Shown: positions 13,101-34,879, numbered from the stretch's first letter. The stretch is 64,000 nt of DNA from the human T2T-CHM13v2.0 reference genome, Homo sapiens (GCF_009914755.1 NC_060928.1); one strand, 5' to 3'. Numbers and translations are program-made. The notes: generated from the sequence alone by a model not told the origin.

Positions 13101-16100
13101 ATTAAACCAAATGACAAAATAGCACATGCAGAATGAATGCAAGCATCTGGAAAAATAAGCATCATTTTAAGACCAATGAAATATTTTCAACATTTCAATA
13201 GCAAGCATACTTTTGCTAACATAAGAAAAAAAAACAAAAAGTAAAAAATAAAAATACACAAAACATAGTCTGTAAATGCCATCTAGTAGTTTTGACTGAG
13301 TACAAATATACATATTCCTCCAAGTTTCCTAACTGTTCAGCAGGATGTTAGGGACTACCTGAGTCAGAATTCCAGGGGTTCAGGTAGAGAGGTGTTTTCA
13401 GTCTATGGGAGGGTGCTGCAATTTTCTTTGTGAACACCTGCAAGACTCTGAATGGTCCAGTCCTGCTTGCCTCGCATCTTCATTGCTTCGCCCTTCCCTT
13501 CCCTTTTGGGGCTCCAGCCATTCTGCACATCTGTTTTCTCTATGACTGCACCATACCCTTTTCCGTGTCCTAAATCTTGTGCCATCTCCTCCCTTTGTCT
13601 GAAATATTTCCCTCCCTATCTTTGCCTAACTACTGGCTTTTCAAGTCTCAGTTCAATGCCACTTCCTTTGGGAGGTCTTCGCTGGCCTCTCTAATAAGAT
13701 TTAGACTAAAAGCTCTCTGAAGTCCCTGGTGCTTAACATGGTGTTGTAAAACCTTATGATTATTTAGAATCCAGATATGCATTCCTTAGGCCTTGATGTT
13801 TACTGGGGGCCTTGGGTGTTTCTTAATTTGTTCAATTATTTACAAAAGGTTTTTTTTGGGGTGGGAGGTATAGGCTGTGGGCTATGTACTAGGAAGACAA
13901 TGATAAATAATACATGGCCTTTCCTTTCAGGGTAATTCCAGTGCAGTAAGAGCGACAATTATTAATCTAAGTATAATAAGTATTTTAGGATGGTGGTGGA
14001 AGTGGGGACACAAAGGAGACAGCGGTCAACTCTACTTGGAGAGGTAGAAAGACCTCATGGAGGTGTCTTTGAATTTATCTTGAAAGAAGTCTAGGATTTT
14101 ACCAGGCAGGCTGTGTGGTACCAGCAATGCCTTGGAATTTGAGACATCATTGCACGTTACAAAAACTGCAGGTTATCTATGTGGCTGCAGCACAAGGTGT
14201 GAGAAGGAGAGGAATAGAGAAATGGGTGAACAGCAACTGAGAGGCTGAAGAGGTGGTGAGGCACCAAATGCTGTGGGCCATGTTCTAGAATTTGGACTTT
14301 ATCAAGGCAGTGGAAAGAGAATGAATGGTTTGAAGCAGTTTTTTATTTAGGGAAAATCACTGTCAGTAGTATGGAGGATAACTTAGGGGAAAAAAAAACA
14401 TGCCAGAGCTTTGCAGTAGAGGGTCCCATCTTGTGTTCAAGAGTGGCCAAGATAAGCAGTCCCTTTGCAAACAAGCCACTTCTGCTCACAGAAGGTCCTT
14501 ATCACTTCTTAACATTCCTTTGGTGGAGAAGCCCTATAGCCTGAGGCTTTAAAGGGGGCAGAAAATTACAGCAGATTGTCAAAAGAATATGGCAAAGAAC
14601 CAATAATGGGAGCTAACATCTCTTAAAATTGGCACTTTAATTATTTTAATTTTAAATGAAGTCAGAGGAGGTGAAAAGTATTTTAAATTTTTAAGCAAAG
14701 TATATGTAACTGTTTTATAAAAATGAAAACATGCTTAGGGAGAGAGAGCTTATTTAGATAAGTTTTGAGCTTTATCAAAACAATTTTAACACTCTAGCAA
14801 ATAGGTAGACTTCTTTCTTCTTCAACAGTTTCTTTCTTCTTCAACAGCTACTCCTCACAGTAAATGAGCACTTGGTGGAAATTTTGTTCTGAAGTGAAGG
14901 CTGAAACCCCAGAGATCAAACACTGTACTCAAGTATACAAAGCTGGACTCAGACCCTAACACTGGCTTTAAAATTTGTCCTAACTTAGACCATAATGCCT
15001 CTCTTTCCAGCTGGATCTACATGCCTCCACTCTGGCTTTTAACAAGGCTCTGAACTATTGTCAGAACTTGGGAATTTCTAACATTGAAGGTAACACATTG
15101 ACACAATTTCCTCGATGTAAAATTGTATACACTTCATCCAAGTCGCATCTGAGCATGTTATGTCCTATTTGTACCCTTACAAAAACTGATTGGTGGCCAA
15201 ATTGATTTGAGATTGAAAGTTGCCACTTATGTTCTTAGAAATACTTGCTTTAATTCTCCAGAATCAGTTGCTCTGATACAACTTCTTATAGTCACCTAAG
15301 TCAACACAGTAAGAAAATAAACATATAAATGCCCTAAAGATAATTTGATAAAAATTGTTTTTATATCATTTCCTCAACAATCTCATAATGGTAGCTGACC
15401 TATAAAATGACCTTTTTCATAGTTTATTTTCCTTCCATTTCTGGAAAAAAGATAGCATAAGCCTTTCAGTAGGAATTCATACCCATGCTTGCTTAGTGGT
15501 AAGAGGAAGGCACAGAGGCTTGTTATTGGAAGCCTATAGTTTACAAAACAGTGTCATCTTGAAGGAACAATAGTTCCCATAAAAATGAGTTTTCATATTT
15601 TCTAGTATTAATTAACTTTAAAATAATTTGTTATTCCAGAGTAGAATCACATGGGGGCAATTTAAAGAATTTCATCAATAGCTTCAAATTAAATAAACCA
15701 GCATCTGGTTGAAAAAAAAAAATCACTTACCTGGAAGGAGAAACAAAAGAAACATCCTCAAATGCTAAAGCTTCATTCAAAATTCAAGGTAAGGAAACCA
15801 AATTTCCACAATATGATCCCTTAAAATCACCAAGAATGTTCAAAACTACATTTGATAACAACAGCTCACACAACTACTTGGCTCCCCTAGATTCCTAAGA
15901 CCCTAACCAGCTAATAGACATCTGTGGACATATTCAATTCTGCAAAGCTGCAAAATATCTGTGAGAAGATGGTTTTTGAAAAGGACTTTTTACTATAGCT
16001 ATATACTATTTAGTTCAGTAAACTGGGTAGAAAGCACTGAAGCAAACTCGTAACCATTGAACAACAAACTTTAGTTTGCCAAAACTGCTTAGGGACTGGA

Positions 16101-18904
16101 TTAAGGGAAGCCTCTCCTGTTATTTTTATCTCTTTGCCTTTGGAGCTCTCAGCTTTCTGTAGCTAAATTAGCTTTCAAAAATCTACTTGTGTCATTCCTA
16201 GATTAAAGGTCAGTTTAAGTATTGTCCTGTTGAATTCAGAAGGTACATTTAAGCTAGAAAACCACTTGCAGCACATCTAATCCAAATTGCCAACTTTACA
16301 GATAGACATTTGGTCTCATAAAAATTAAATGACTAGCTCAGATTAGCATAACTGGTAAGGAGCAGAACTGAGACTTAATTCTGCTGACCCCCAATATTAG
16401 TCTCACCTTCCAGATCTCGCTGCTTGGTTGAGATGTTGTCAGCAAGATTTCTCTAATGTTTTAGTACATTAGTCAGCAAGCATTGGGGCATATTGTACAT
16501 ACAAAAAAGGACAACTAAATTCCTGAGCTCCCTGGACATCCTAAAAGCTAGAATTTTAATAAAAACCATGTAGTCTTCATTTTGATGATTTTTTTCCACA
16601 CTGATTTATTGTATTACTTAGATTATATCTCTTACCCCTCAGTGTGCTTATACTGTAGCCACTACGAGAAATCATGTTTTGCTCTAGCATTACTGAGATG
16701 AGAGTCAGTGTCTTAATCCCTTCACATCTTCTGGCAGCAACACATCCAGTCTATACCTGAAAAATTTCACCTCTCTCTCCAAGTGAAGTATATTTACCTT
16801 GTGGTGTTATGAAAGATGTGTCCAGCATCTGGCTACCCAGGAATAGACAGACCTTGTGCCAACACTGCACATTTTCTTAGCTGCATAGGCCTCTGAGAAA
16901 CATACTCTCAAGACCTTACCCCATGCCTACTTGCAAATGAATCACTGGATGAACCCTGAAGGATGGGCAGAGTTTTAGGTGAAGATGCAGAGGAGGGAGG
17001 GATAAAGAAATAGCATGGGCCTAACATATGGAGAAAGGGGAGTATAACATGCATTGATGTGGAGGCTTAGGGCACGTAGCAGGCAAGTGTTGGCAAATCT
17101 CTCAGATGGATAAAAGTTTCATGTTTAAGTGGCAAATTAGTGCAAAATAAAATATAAAGGTATGTTTTGTCATTAGTGAGGCCTCAAACTCCTACTTTAA
17201 ATTTATGTTTTTCAGTTTTCAGGCACTGAAATGGCATTTGCTATGGTACTTAGTACATAGTAAATCTGTGTGACCTGAATTGAATTCTGTAATTTAGGTT
17301 TGAGAAGGGTGGAATGAATTGGTATACTTTCTAGAAAATGAAATATTCAAAATTTGTGTTTGGCTCATCTCACAGCTTATACTTGTATAACATCGGATAT
17401 GTTCCAGAACATTTCACCTCTCTTGTCTCTTATCCCCATGTGTTGGGGGAGAGAGCATGGACTTCTGCCACTGTTCCCATTGTACCAAGGAGGTGGGGTG
17501 ACTTGGGGGCCCAAGACATGTTAGGATAACAACTGGAAATAGCCAGCCTCCTAGCTCTCTGCTATATGCTTTATCTACCAGACCACTCAGCTTTCCCAAA
17601 TAATTGACATTTCTAACCTGGAATGCTATTAGAAACAATAAAAATAAAATGTGATATTGTATAAGTACCCTTCAGTTTTGCTGTATGCCAAAACTTCCAG
17701 TGGCTGAGCTCTCATCAAGATGTGATAAGCTGCTGGTTTGAGTTTTGGTTCGCTCCTGACTTGCAGCTGAAAGAAGCCTTATCTTGCATAAGCAAACTCT
17801 TACAAGGACACACCCTTCATATGAAATGCCTTAAATAGTTTCCAAGTCTGAAAACTAAATTTTCTAAATGCTACAGTTTTTTGGCATTGCAATGACCATG
17901 AAAACTACTTGATAAATGCATCTGTGGAAGTTATGCTCAGCTAATTTGTGGTAAAACTGGGACAAAAACTCATATCCATTGACTTCCAACTCAATGCCTT
18001 TTCTGCCCAATCTCATTGTCTTGGAAAGAATTAACGTATAAATGGGAATCTTGCCTGTGCTAAAAGATGTTTGAAGAAGACTGTTCCCATGAAGCAATAT
18101 TTTAAGGGAACGATTTTGTTTGGCTCTTGAACCAAAGGATTGGCACGTTCAATCTTGGTCAAGTTGTGATAATATAGTTAGATACCCATACTGTCTGTGG
18201 CCATTCATTTTTCTTTTTTGGAAGGTTTTTATTAAGCCAAAGCAGCCAACTACAATTTAGAAAAATTGAACTTAAGGATAAAGTGCTTTGTGTGATAGCA
18301 TCTGAGCCTACTGTTTTGGATAGCCTATTCTCAATACTTTTTATTTGAACTCTTCAGCCAATGGCTCTGGAGAAAAGCGTGGCCTATTAACTGGTGCAGT
18401 TAGTGTGCTAGATGCCAAATGGAATGAGCCAGTTTCTGCTCATCTTCAGACTGGCGTGCTTTGGCAGTCCCCATACAACTAATTGGTAACACTTCTTCCT
18501 TTCCTAACTTGGTAGAGAAGGGTGCTGTATTTATTCTATCTCGAAGGTGTTGTGGCCTAGGAGGACTGCAGCTTCCCTTCAGGAAGCCTGAACTTTTTAG
18601 CCTCGCTCTGTACTATCCAGCTTCTGGTCATCCACACTGTCCCAAACCATTGCTGAGACAGCAGAGGTGGAGAAAAATATTGGTCACTCTGTCATTCCAG
18701 CCAGTGCACATTCTTCAGCCTGGACAGATGGAAATCAAGATGAATTTCTGTCCACTGTCCCAGTGGGAAAGGAGAGCAGAGTTCTCTTCCTGGCTTTGCC
18801 ACCAAATGGTTGGGGGATCTGTGCAAGTCTCTGAAATTATCTGAGCCTCAGTTTTCTGGCCTCTAAGATGAGAGTAGTGGAACAGATGTCTCTCTTTTTA
18901 AACT

Positions 18905-19045
18905 TTAAAAAAAGTTTTGCTTTTTTCTTGAGATAGGGTCTCACCATATTGCCCATACTAGCCTCAAACTCCTAGGCTCAAGCAATTCTCCTGCCTCATT
19001 CTACTGAGCAACTGGGACTATAGGTGCGCACCGCCATGCCTGGCC
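18905..19045 (-). mobile_element. Alu monomer (FLAM/AluJ-like)
   Basis: gagatagggtctcaccatattgccc...caccgccatgcctggcc. Confidence 0.8.
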
Positions 19046-20446
19046 TGGAATGGATGTCTTCTAAGATGCTTCACCATTCATGAATCATGGAAATCTGTAT
19101 GTCTAAGATAATAATATTTGTAGTTAACACTTACTGCACACTTACTCCATTCCACACATCTCTCTAACCATTTTTAAAACCACTAGCTGAGACCCTATTG
19201 TTATATATTAATTATTCTTTGTGGAGGAGGAAAAAAAAACATCAGAAACATTGCCCGACTTGCTTAAGTTCACACAGCAGCCAAGTGGCAGAGCTGGATT
19301 TTGAATTCAGACCTGTGTAACTACAGAACTGTCTGCCAAGGTCTACTGTGATCTATGTAGCAGAAAGAGAATGAGAGAATCAAGTAAGTTGTCATTGAGA
19401 GATTAAATTCTCACCAAATTATAATGCAACCAATTCTCAAGCAAGCCTTCACTTCAGCAAATCAGGGCTAAATGAAGAGATATAAAGATGATAATTCACC
19501 TTGTTTATAGCCTGAGGGTAGGAGTGTTGTACCTCTAACATAGCATTGTAGGGTGACCTGCAGTGGCAAATCCACATTACGGAAGAACAGATGGTTCTGG
19601 TTATTAACAGTTTGTTAACTTGAATCTTAATTTTTCCAGCCAAGCATATTCCAGTCTGGTCACTCCTGCCTACTAAAGAATCCTCAGAACAAAAGGGGAT
19701 TTCACATATTTTACCTGTGTCCACTTTAGTCTAAGGTTTGGTATTTCTGTAGCTGAACTTCACACACATTAAATTTGGGCTTAAGGAAGTTGGGCTGAAT
19801 GAAAATAATTTCAATTGAAAACAAAAACTTTATTCCAAAGTTCTCACACCACTGGTACTTCCTTTCTCTGGTTGAACAATACAAAATTGCAGAAATGAAA
19901 CTAGTTTGTTCTCATCCTTGACTGCATGGTAGAATCATCTGTGATATCCAGGCATTGGATTCTGATGTGCGGCCAGCGGCGAGAACAACTGCTCCAGTTG
20001 GTAATATAGATTAATGTATGTAAACTTCATCTTCCTGAGTTTCAAGGTCCATTCTTACATTGTCTATGGTTCTAGTGTCACCTTTATCTATAAAGTGAAC
20101 AGCTACAGTATGGGATATTAGCCTGAACGACTTTAGAAATAACATCATTTGCCATCTTAAATGTTGGTGTTTCTTAGGGTTTTGTTTTAGAGCCACAGTC
20201 TCCCTCACTTCCTCCCTCAATTCGCATTTAATTTTACTTTAATCATTTTCCAAGGATAAGCTCATCAGTGTGTGAAACAGACAGAGTTGAACTGCTTGGT
20301 GGAAGCTGGCCTGAGTGTTTGGCCTGCAGCCTCACAACCTGTTCCCATCTCTACCTGGCAGCTTCAGAAAGCTCCACAGGAATTTAGATTGGAAATCTTT
20401 AGTCTAAAACTTAAGTTTTTCAAATTGTCTGTTGAGAGCCCTTAGT

Positions 20447-21111
<665 letters not shown>

Positions 21112-21265
21112 TATTAGCATAACTAGAATCTTTGGATGTGAAACCCAATCAACAGTGCTACAGAGATTCTCTGAGAAAATTCAAACCTGCAGTCAAGATG
21201 GTGCATTCCTCTAGTAATGGGCTATGAAATCAGTCCAGTGGGTTGTCACTGGCACTAAAAATTTA

Positions 21266-26547
<5,282 letters not shown>

Positions 26548-26559
26548 TTAAGTTGTATT

Positions 26560-26853
<294 letters not shown>

Positions 26854-27429
26854 TTAAGTTGTATAAAATAGGAGAGAATATATCAAAGTACATCACACAG
26901 AATAAGGGAAGGTATTATTTTGTGGAATTTTATTTCAGACAAGTGTGTGTGTGAGTCTGTGTGCTGTGAGTTGTAGTGCACATTAACTGTGTCTCAATAA
27001 TACTTGATTATGTTTTGAGCCTGATGAACCTGGTTATACCCTATGTGAATACCTGGCTGCCAGATCAATAGCATATGAAATACCTGAAATGCACTCACGG
27101 CCTGCACAAGCCATTGACCAGTGGCTCATGCACACCTTTATCCAGCTTATCTAGCTCCAGAAAGTCTAAGACTTTCTATGTGTGCTGCACCACTAAAATG
27201 GGAATTCTGAGAGAGAATGCTTTCAAAAACATAAAGTTAGCTAATGGGACAATTTCAAGTAGGCTATATACTTTAGAAACACATGAAAGGATAAGTGCAA
27301 ATAAAACATAGTATATATATCAAAAGAGCAGAAACAAGGAATCATAAAATATGAAATAGGATAACAGAAATAAGATGCTAAATGTCAGTTGTGAATTAAT
27401 GAATTCATATGGATTATGGTTTTGTATTA

Positions 27430-27779
<350 letters not shown>

Positions 27780-28829
27780 TCAAACAGGAATAACCATATT
27801 AATCTTAGGCAAAGTAGAATTAAGAGCAAAGACACTACAAACAGTGAAAAAGATTTACTTGTGTCATTAAGCAATATATTTCACAATGATTCTTAAGTAA
27901 TTATGGACCATTTTAGCCCAATAATATAGCAACGAGAAACATAAAGCAGAATAAGAAATTGGCAAAAATACAATACCATTGAGAAATTTTAAGTTTTCTC
28001 CAATTGTGATAGATCAAGAAAGCAAAAAACAAACACAGAAAGGATCTGAAATATATCTGCTTGCAATCACAAGCTATGGATTTATATGATTTTTTGCTAA
28101 CGAATCAATGAAGACAGATTTTATTAGGCATTCCCATATTCCCATACACTCATTTTGAAAGAACATTTCTGTATTTCCTGATACAATGTTTCTGAGGTCT
28201 GAATCTAGCAGAATAGTTCAGGAAAGGTAGCAAGGGGAGAACTTTTGTGGTCTTTTTCCTAGCAAAATGCAATTTCAGTGCCATGATCTCTATTCTCAGT
28301 TGCCTCAAATAGCTGTACTATTCATGTTTTATGTTTTGTATTTATTTCCTTCTATTTTGGTTTTTAAAAATATAATGATGACTGGGAAATAAGTGATAAC
28401 ATCAAAAGGAGGCCTCCAGAATTTAAAAACATTTTCTATAGCCCATATAAAAAGGAGCAAAAGGCTAACATAACAGCCACACAGTTAGAGTTCCTTAGCT
28501 GCACCACGTGAGGAAGACAGACCGTCAACCTTCATTAAAGTCTTCAGCTTGGTGAAAGCACAAGCAGAACACTGAGTGACAATGTTGTAAGAGTAACGGA
28601 GCCAATCCTGGAACATCACTAGGTATGGTACAGGCAACATAACATATTCTCCAAGTGCACAGATTCTGCAGTGGAACTGCCTAGGCTCAAACTGATTCCT
28701 CTAGCAACTACCTGAGACCTTGCAAAATTAACTTGATCTCTATATTTTTGTTCCATCATTATACATGGATTAGTCTCTACCTTATAGAATTATTGAACAG
28801 ATTAAGTTAAAATGCACATAATTTTTTTT

Positions 28830-30385
28830 TGCAAGAATGGAAAACCTAATCCTAAAATTTCTATGAAATTGTTAGGGATCTAAATAGCTAAAACAATCTG
28901 GAAGAAGAACAAAGTTCAGTGAATCACACTTCATGAAATCAAAACTTCTAACCAAGTAACAGCAATAAAATCTGTGTGATTTTGCCCCAAGAATAGACAT
29001 ATTCTTCGGATAGAATTGAGACTCCAGAAATAAACTCATATATCCATGGCCAATTAACTTTCAAGAAGGGTGTCAAGACCATTCAATGGGCAAAGGATAG
29101 TCTCTTCAACAAATGGTGCTGGGACAGCTGCAAAATAATAAAGGTGGACTCTTATCATACATCATATAGAAAAATTAACTGATAATAAACCAAAGATCTA
29201 AATATAAGAGAAGAAATACAAAACTCTTAGAAGAAAACATAAGGGAGAAATTTTTATGACTTTAAATTTGGCAATTATTTTTAGATATGATATCAAAAGC
29301 GTAAGCAGCAAAAGAAAAATAAATTGGACTTGAAAATGAAAAACATTTGTGCATCAAAGGACACTATCAAAAGTAAAAACAAAAATCTACAGAATGAAGG
29401 AAAAGATTTGCAAATAGTATATCTGATAAGACTCTTTATCCAGAACATAGAAAGAACTCTTACAACTTAGCAACAGAAAGACAAAAATAGATTTAAAAAT
29501 GGGTGAAGGACTAGAACCAACATTTCTCCAAAGATATGCAAAATGCAGTTACCAACAACTACATGAGAAGATTCTCAGCATCATTAGTTACTAGGAAAAT
29601 GCAAGAAACCACAGTGAAAAACCATTTCATACCCTCTGAAATGGCTATAATTAAAAAAATGAAAAAGTACAATTTCTGGCAAGATTGTGGAGAAATTGGC
29701 ACCTCATACACTCTGGTGAAAAGGTAAAAAGGTGCAGCTCCTGTGGAAAAGAGTTTAGCAGTTCCTTAGTAAGTTAAACATAAAATTACTATGACCCAGC
29801 AATTCTACCCCTATACATCTTTGAGTATTAAAAGTGGGTTCAAACAAAACTAGTACAGGAATATTTATAGCAGCACTATTCACAATAGCCAAAAGGTGGA
29901 AACAACACAAATTTTAATCAAATGATGGATCGATAAGCAAAATGTGATATACCAACCCAAATTTTCATCAAATGATGGATGGATAAACAAAATGTGATAT
30001 ACCAACACAATGGAATAACATTTATTATAAAAGGAATGAAATACTGATACACGCTACAATATGGATGAACTTTAAACACATTATTTTAAGTGAAAGAAGC
30101 CATACACAAAAGGCTACCTATTATATGATTCCATTTATATGAAATATCTAAAATGGGTAAATCTGTAGAGGTAGAAAGCAAATTAGTGGTTTCCAGGGGC
30201 TGGAGGAATTGGAAGTGGCTGCTAATGGGTAAGAGGTTTCCTTTTGGAGTGATGAAAATGTTCTGGAGCTACATAATGGTGATGGGTGTGCATCATTTTG
30301 AATGCATTAAATGCTACCGATTGTACACTTTAAAATGGTTCAAATGGTAAACTTATGTGTATTTTACTACAATTTTAAAAATTAA
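28830..30385 (+). mobile_element. L1MB-type 3' portion
   Basis: Degenerate ORF2 C-terminus (ctcttcaacaaatggtgctggga) and L1MB-style 3' UTR (aaaatgttctggagcta...ttgtacactttaaaatgg); includes a 50-bp tandem duplication at about 29908-30008. Confidence 0.85.
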
Positions 30386-31867
30386 GTGTATGTAAATCGC
30401 TTAGAACAGTGCATGGCACAAAGTGAGTGCTATATCACTGTTGGTTTTTATTATTCAGAACCTGCCTATGTACGGAACCTAACCTGCTGTATATAAATCT
30501 AGGGATGGAAATACCAAAGTTGATCAAATAGCTGTTTATAGAACTTTGTACACTACAAACAAAGATGACATCATTTTTCCAGAGCTTACATATAATAATT
30601 TGGGTTAGACAGAAATTCTTAATAAATATCACAAATAAATTGTACAGTCATAGTCTATGACCAACGTACAAAAATGAAAGACTTCTTAGAAAGCAGAGAT
30701 TGTGTTTGTTCGATTTACTTTTTAAAATATATTAAAACTTGTCCTGATTATATTATATGGTTCTCTTTGCAGAAAATTTAGAAAGTATTTAAAATGAGAA
30801 AAAAAATAAAACCTTACAATCCCAACACTCAGAGATACACCCGGAATTTTTTTTCAACATTTTTGCTTTAGTTTTAGTTTAGTTCATTTATCACAGAAAA
30901 CTACACAGATAGGTACTTACTAAAGATGTGGATATGATAATAATGGCTGGAAATCTATGATGTAAAAATGTAGGTCCAGCCTGATTTTGTCAGCACCATA
31001 TAAGAAGGATTGGGTTTTTTTTTTTGAGCAAAAGATATTACATTTGCAGTTGGTGTCAAAATATAATCTGTAAGGATAACTTGGGGGAAATTCCTCAAAA
31101 GTATACTTCTCAAATAGTCTCACAGATGTTTTGAATAATCTTCTAGAAACCAAGGTGAAAAGAAATTTATCACAAGAATGTGAAGCTAAATTTCCTAATT
31201 TAAAATCACTACGAAGTAAGTTTGAGATACCATCCCTACTTTCCCCTCTATTCAGACGTTTTCTGCAAAGGAGTTCACAGTGGGTGTCTGTTTCTCTCTA
31301 AAAACCCTATCTCACACCATGCTAAATATATCTATAGATTTGGCAACTAGTCCAGCTCATCTCAGGCTGAATTTTGGGGATTCATTGGGGTTTACAGATG
31401 AAAAATGACTGTAGATACCATCTACTCGGCGCTTTATTGAATAGGCACAAGAAAACTGAGGCCCACGGGTGTTAAATGATTTTTCATGGCTAAACTAGTC
31501 TGCCACAAAATTCTGGTCATTTGTCATTTGTCATTTTGAGTAGTTGATACTGACTGCCTACTATGTGGCTGACAATGTGTGGGACACATAAGCGAAGACA
31601 CAGGTTTTGCTTTTAAAGAATTTATAGTCATGTATTCCCTGGCATACAGTTCCTGTAACTCTTTCCTGTGCCAATTAAATAGACAGCTAGCAAGGCTCTC
31701 TTCTTGGATCCCTGAAAAAAAAAAAAAAAAGAGATGCCTTGTTTCTTCACTTAACATGTGCTTTTCAGACTGATGTACCTGCTGTGGTATTAGTCAGATG
31801 CACAGGGCAATAATGATCTGTCTATGCGGAGCACTCACTGTGTCTAACCAGATGAAAACAAATATTT

Positions 31868-32042
31868 CCTCTTTCCTTTCCTCCTCCCCTTCCTCCTGTC
31901 TCTTCCTTTCCCTTCTCTCTTCTCCCTTCTTGCCTCCCTCTCTCTCTCCATCCTCTCTTCTTTCCTTCCTTTTTCCTTTTCCTTCTTCCTTTCTCTCCCT
32001 CTCTGCTTATCTCTCCTTTTCCCTCCCTTCACCTCCTTCCTT
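31868..32042. repeat. Polypyrimidine (CT-rich) low-complexity tract
   Basis: About 175 bp of nearly pure C/T on the plus strand. Confidence 0.9.
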
Positions 32043-34842
32043 GCTTATTCAACCAGTATGCTACTATAAATACCAATCGGGAACTGTGCTAGATTCTGGG
32101 GATACACGGATGAATAAAGTAGGCATGATGATATCACACCAGTCCCTTTGTTTCCTCCAATTAAATTAGTATATTATGACCTAGAATGCAAATTTTGTAT
32201 GAATTTTTAAGTAAACACAAAAAAGCTTTTGGAGACTCCTGGTTTATGCCATAATTTCCTAGTTGAAGTGATATAGTACTGTATTTTCAAATTGGTTCTT
32301 AGCTTCAGAATCTGATTTTCAGATAAAAGCTCCAGCTTTTCCTTGAAAACACTAACTTACCTCCTGTTTCAGAATTTTTGCTCTTGCTCTTCCCTCTGCC
32401 TTCTGTCCTCTTTTCCCAGAATTTTCAGGGTTGGCTCCATTCTCCTTGTTCCACGTTTAGCATAAATGTCATCTACTCAGAAAATAATTCCTTGCTACCC
32501 TTTTCTTAAGCAGTTTTCGGCATTCATGTTTATCATCTTACCTGGTTTTATATGCTTTGTATTATTTTTGACTGTTTTTATCTTATTTTAATAAGATAGT
32601 TGTTGTTCCATTTATTATCTGCGTTCCCTCCCACCATCCACTGTGCCCAACCTCCGTGTATCCTCCATGGGAGCCCATTTTTCTTCCTGCCCTGGGCTCA
32701 GTGTCTGGTTCACAATCTGACATGTAATGACTGAATCATCAAATGAGTGCAGGAATTCAGGGACTGCGAATCAAGTCATATTAGAAAAAATGGTTCTCCA
32801 TTTGGAAGAAGATCTCTGGTAAGTTTAGAATTAGAAATATTGGCTTTATTCTTAAGATTCCTGGAGAAAGCAAGGCAATCGTCTTTTTTTCATAGCAAAA
32901 AAAAAAAAAAAAAAAGAAAAAAAAAGAAAAAGACTTCACCATGTTTAGTCTTCAGCTAATCAGTATGGGGGAAAAACTTGATCTTACACCTTTCTGTTAT
33001 ACTATTAAGTAGCCACATCAAGAGAGTTTCCTTGGAGGGTTTCTGAAGCTACGAAGATGATAACAGCTTGGGTACTGGAGACCATTGTAGCTTTCAGGGT
33101 CATCTTGCCCCAGTGACCTCTTTATTAAGTGCCATTTAAGGCTTTAATTCACTATCTGCTTGTGTAGTTGTAGAAATTAAAAAAAAAATCATTTCTTTGC
33201 CAGGAACCCTTTCCAAATTTGGGGCACTTGTAAGTCACACAGAGTTTTCCCAAATGCTGGGCACACCCCCCAGTAGAGTATGCAGTGTCTAATTTTGTTT
33301 GAGTTACATCCAGTTTGGTTTGCCCCATGGAGCAACACAAAGAATACATCTTTTTTTTCTGTGTAATAGCACTTCAAATATATGAATACATATACAAATA
33401 TTACACTACATCCCTTTCATTTGTTTTTTCTTCAAACTAAATGTTTTCATACTTTTCTGCTTAAAAAATTAGAGTAGCTATGTTTGTTTTCTGTTTTCTT
33501 TCTGTAATTTTCTTTTCTCTCTGACTTTTCAGAAATCACCAATCACATAGGTAGGTTTGTTCCCTAGTCTGTAACTATTGATAGCTACTGCTTATTTTAA
33601 TAATATATTATTAATACTTATTAATCATGATAGTTAATTCTAATCATAGAAAATGCATAGTAAGCTTAACATTTTACTTTGTTTCAGGCATCAGTAAGTG
33701 TATTCCATTAAACATTTTGTTTAATCTTTACGCAATTATTATAAGGCAAGTGCCAACATTGCCTGCATTTTAAAGACAAGGACACATAAAAATGTGGGCA
33801 CATAATTTGCCTTAATGTTCCCCAGCCTTGAGAAGTAAAACTAGATTTGAACCCAGTTCTGTGTGTTCCTCATGCCTGTGCTCTTAACTATTGCACTATT
33901 TTATCCTCCCCTAGGGTATCTTAGAAAATGCTGATCTCTCTTCCCTGTATGCTACAGAGTATGCTCAGTAGACCCTCTCTTCCCTGTATGCTACTGTATG
34001 CTCAGTAGATCCTTGATACTTGCTCTCACTTGGATTACAGCAATGTCTAATAGACTCAGAATGTTTCAAGCAACTGCCTGCCCCCTGTGTGCTGGGCACT
34101 AGTATTGCTAACACATAAGCACTGCACTTGAGAGGATGTTTAACTATAATATTCTCAGAAAGAGGCCAAAATCATGTTTATTTAATACACTAAATTAATA
34201 ATTAAATTTAAACTAAGTTAAATTCAAATTATTGAATACAATTTAATAATGACCCTATGATATTTATTTTAATGGATTTAAATTTCTCCTAAAATTCACA
34301 TGACACCTAAGCCAGTAAGAGTTGTTTTTGTTTTTGTTTCTTCCTATGTGACACTTTAGTAATGGACCCACAGAGAAGCGAACAACTCCCCACGGTTTCA
34401 GTGTTCATGCTTTTGGCTTCTCACCATTTGGCAGAAATAGGAAATTATACCTTTTTAAAACTAAAAGCCATATAACACCTTTGTTAATAACTCTTTAGTT
34501 TGGAAATGAATCTCCTTATAACTCAAACAAAGCAATACATTTATTCACAGAGAGCTATTTCTCATAGCATTTGATAAAATTAGTTTAATTCTAGCTAGAC
34601 TTAGAATTGAAGTAAGCTTCTCATACTAGAAAACTGGATTCGGCCATAAATACTGGGCTCCCTTGTGCCATTTCCCCCACATTGGTAGCTGAGTTCCAGT
34701 AAAATCCATCCACCAGACTGGAAGAGGAAATACTACTCATTTATGCATTTAAATAAGATAGAACTAAAATAGGGTAGTTTACATTTTATTCTATGATCTC
34801 ATACCCAATATAACAGAACCAAGATGAAATAAAATCACTTAC

Positions 34843-34879
34843 CTGACAATAGTAATACAAAGATTATTTTTCCATACAT
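34843..34879 (-). CDS. GYPE: GYPE exon 1 coding part (signal peptide MYGKIIFVLLLS)
   Basis: Minus strand reads CAGG ATG TAT GGA AAA ATA ATC TTT GTA TTA CTA TTG TCA G|GTAAGTG, a canonical phase-1 donor. Confidence 0.97.

Noticed and set aside
32351-32370. Minus-strand consensus donor GAG|GTAAGT in GYPE intron 1
   Set aside because: Lies in an L2 relic with no convincing paired acceptor.
33935-34012. Two-copy ~38-bp tandem duplication (also a 19-bp one at 14811-14847)
   Set aside because: Ordinary slippage duplications with no evident function.
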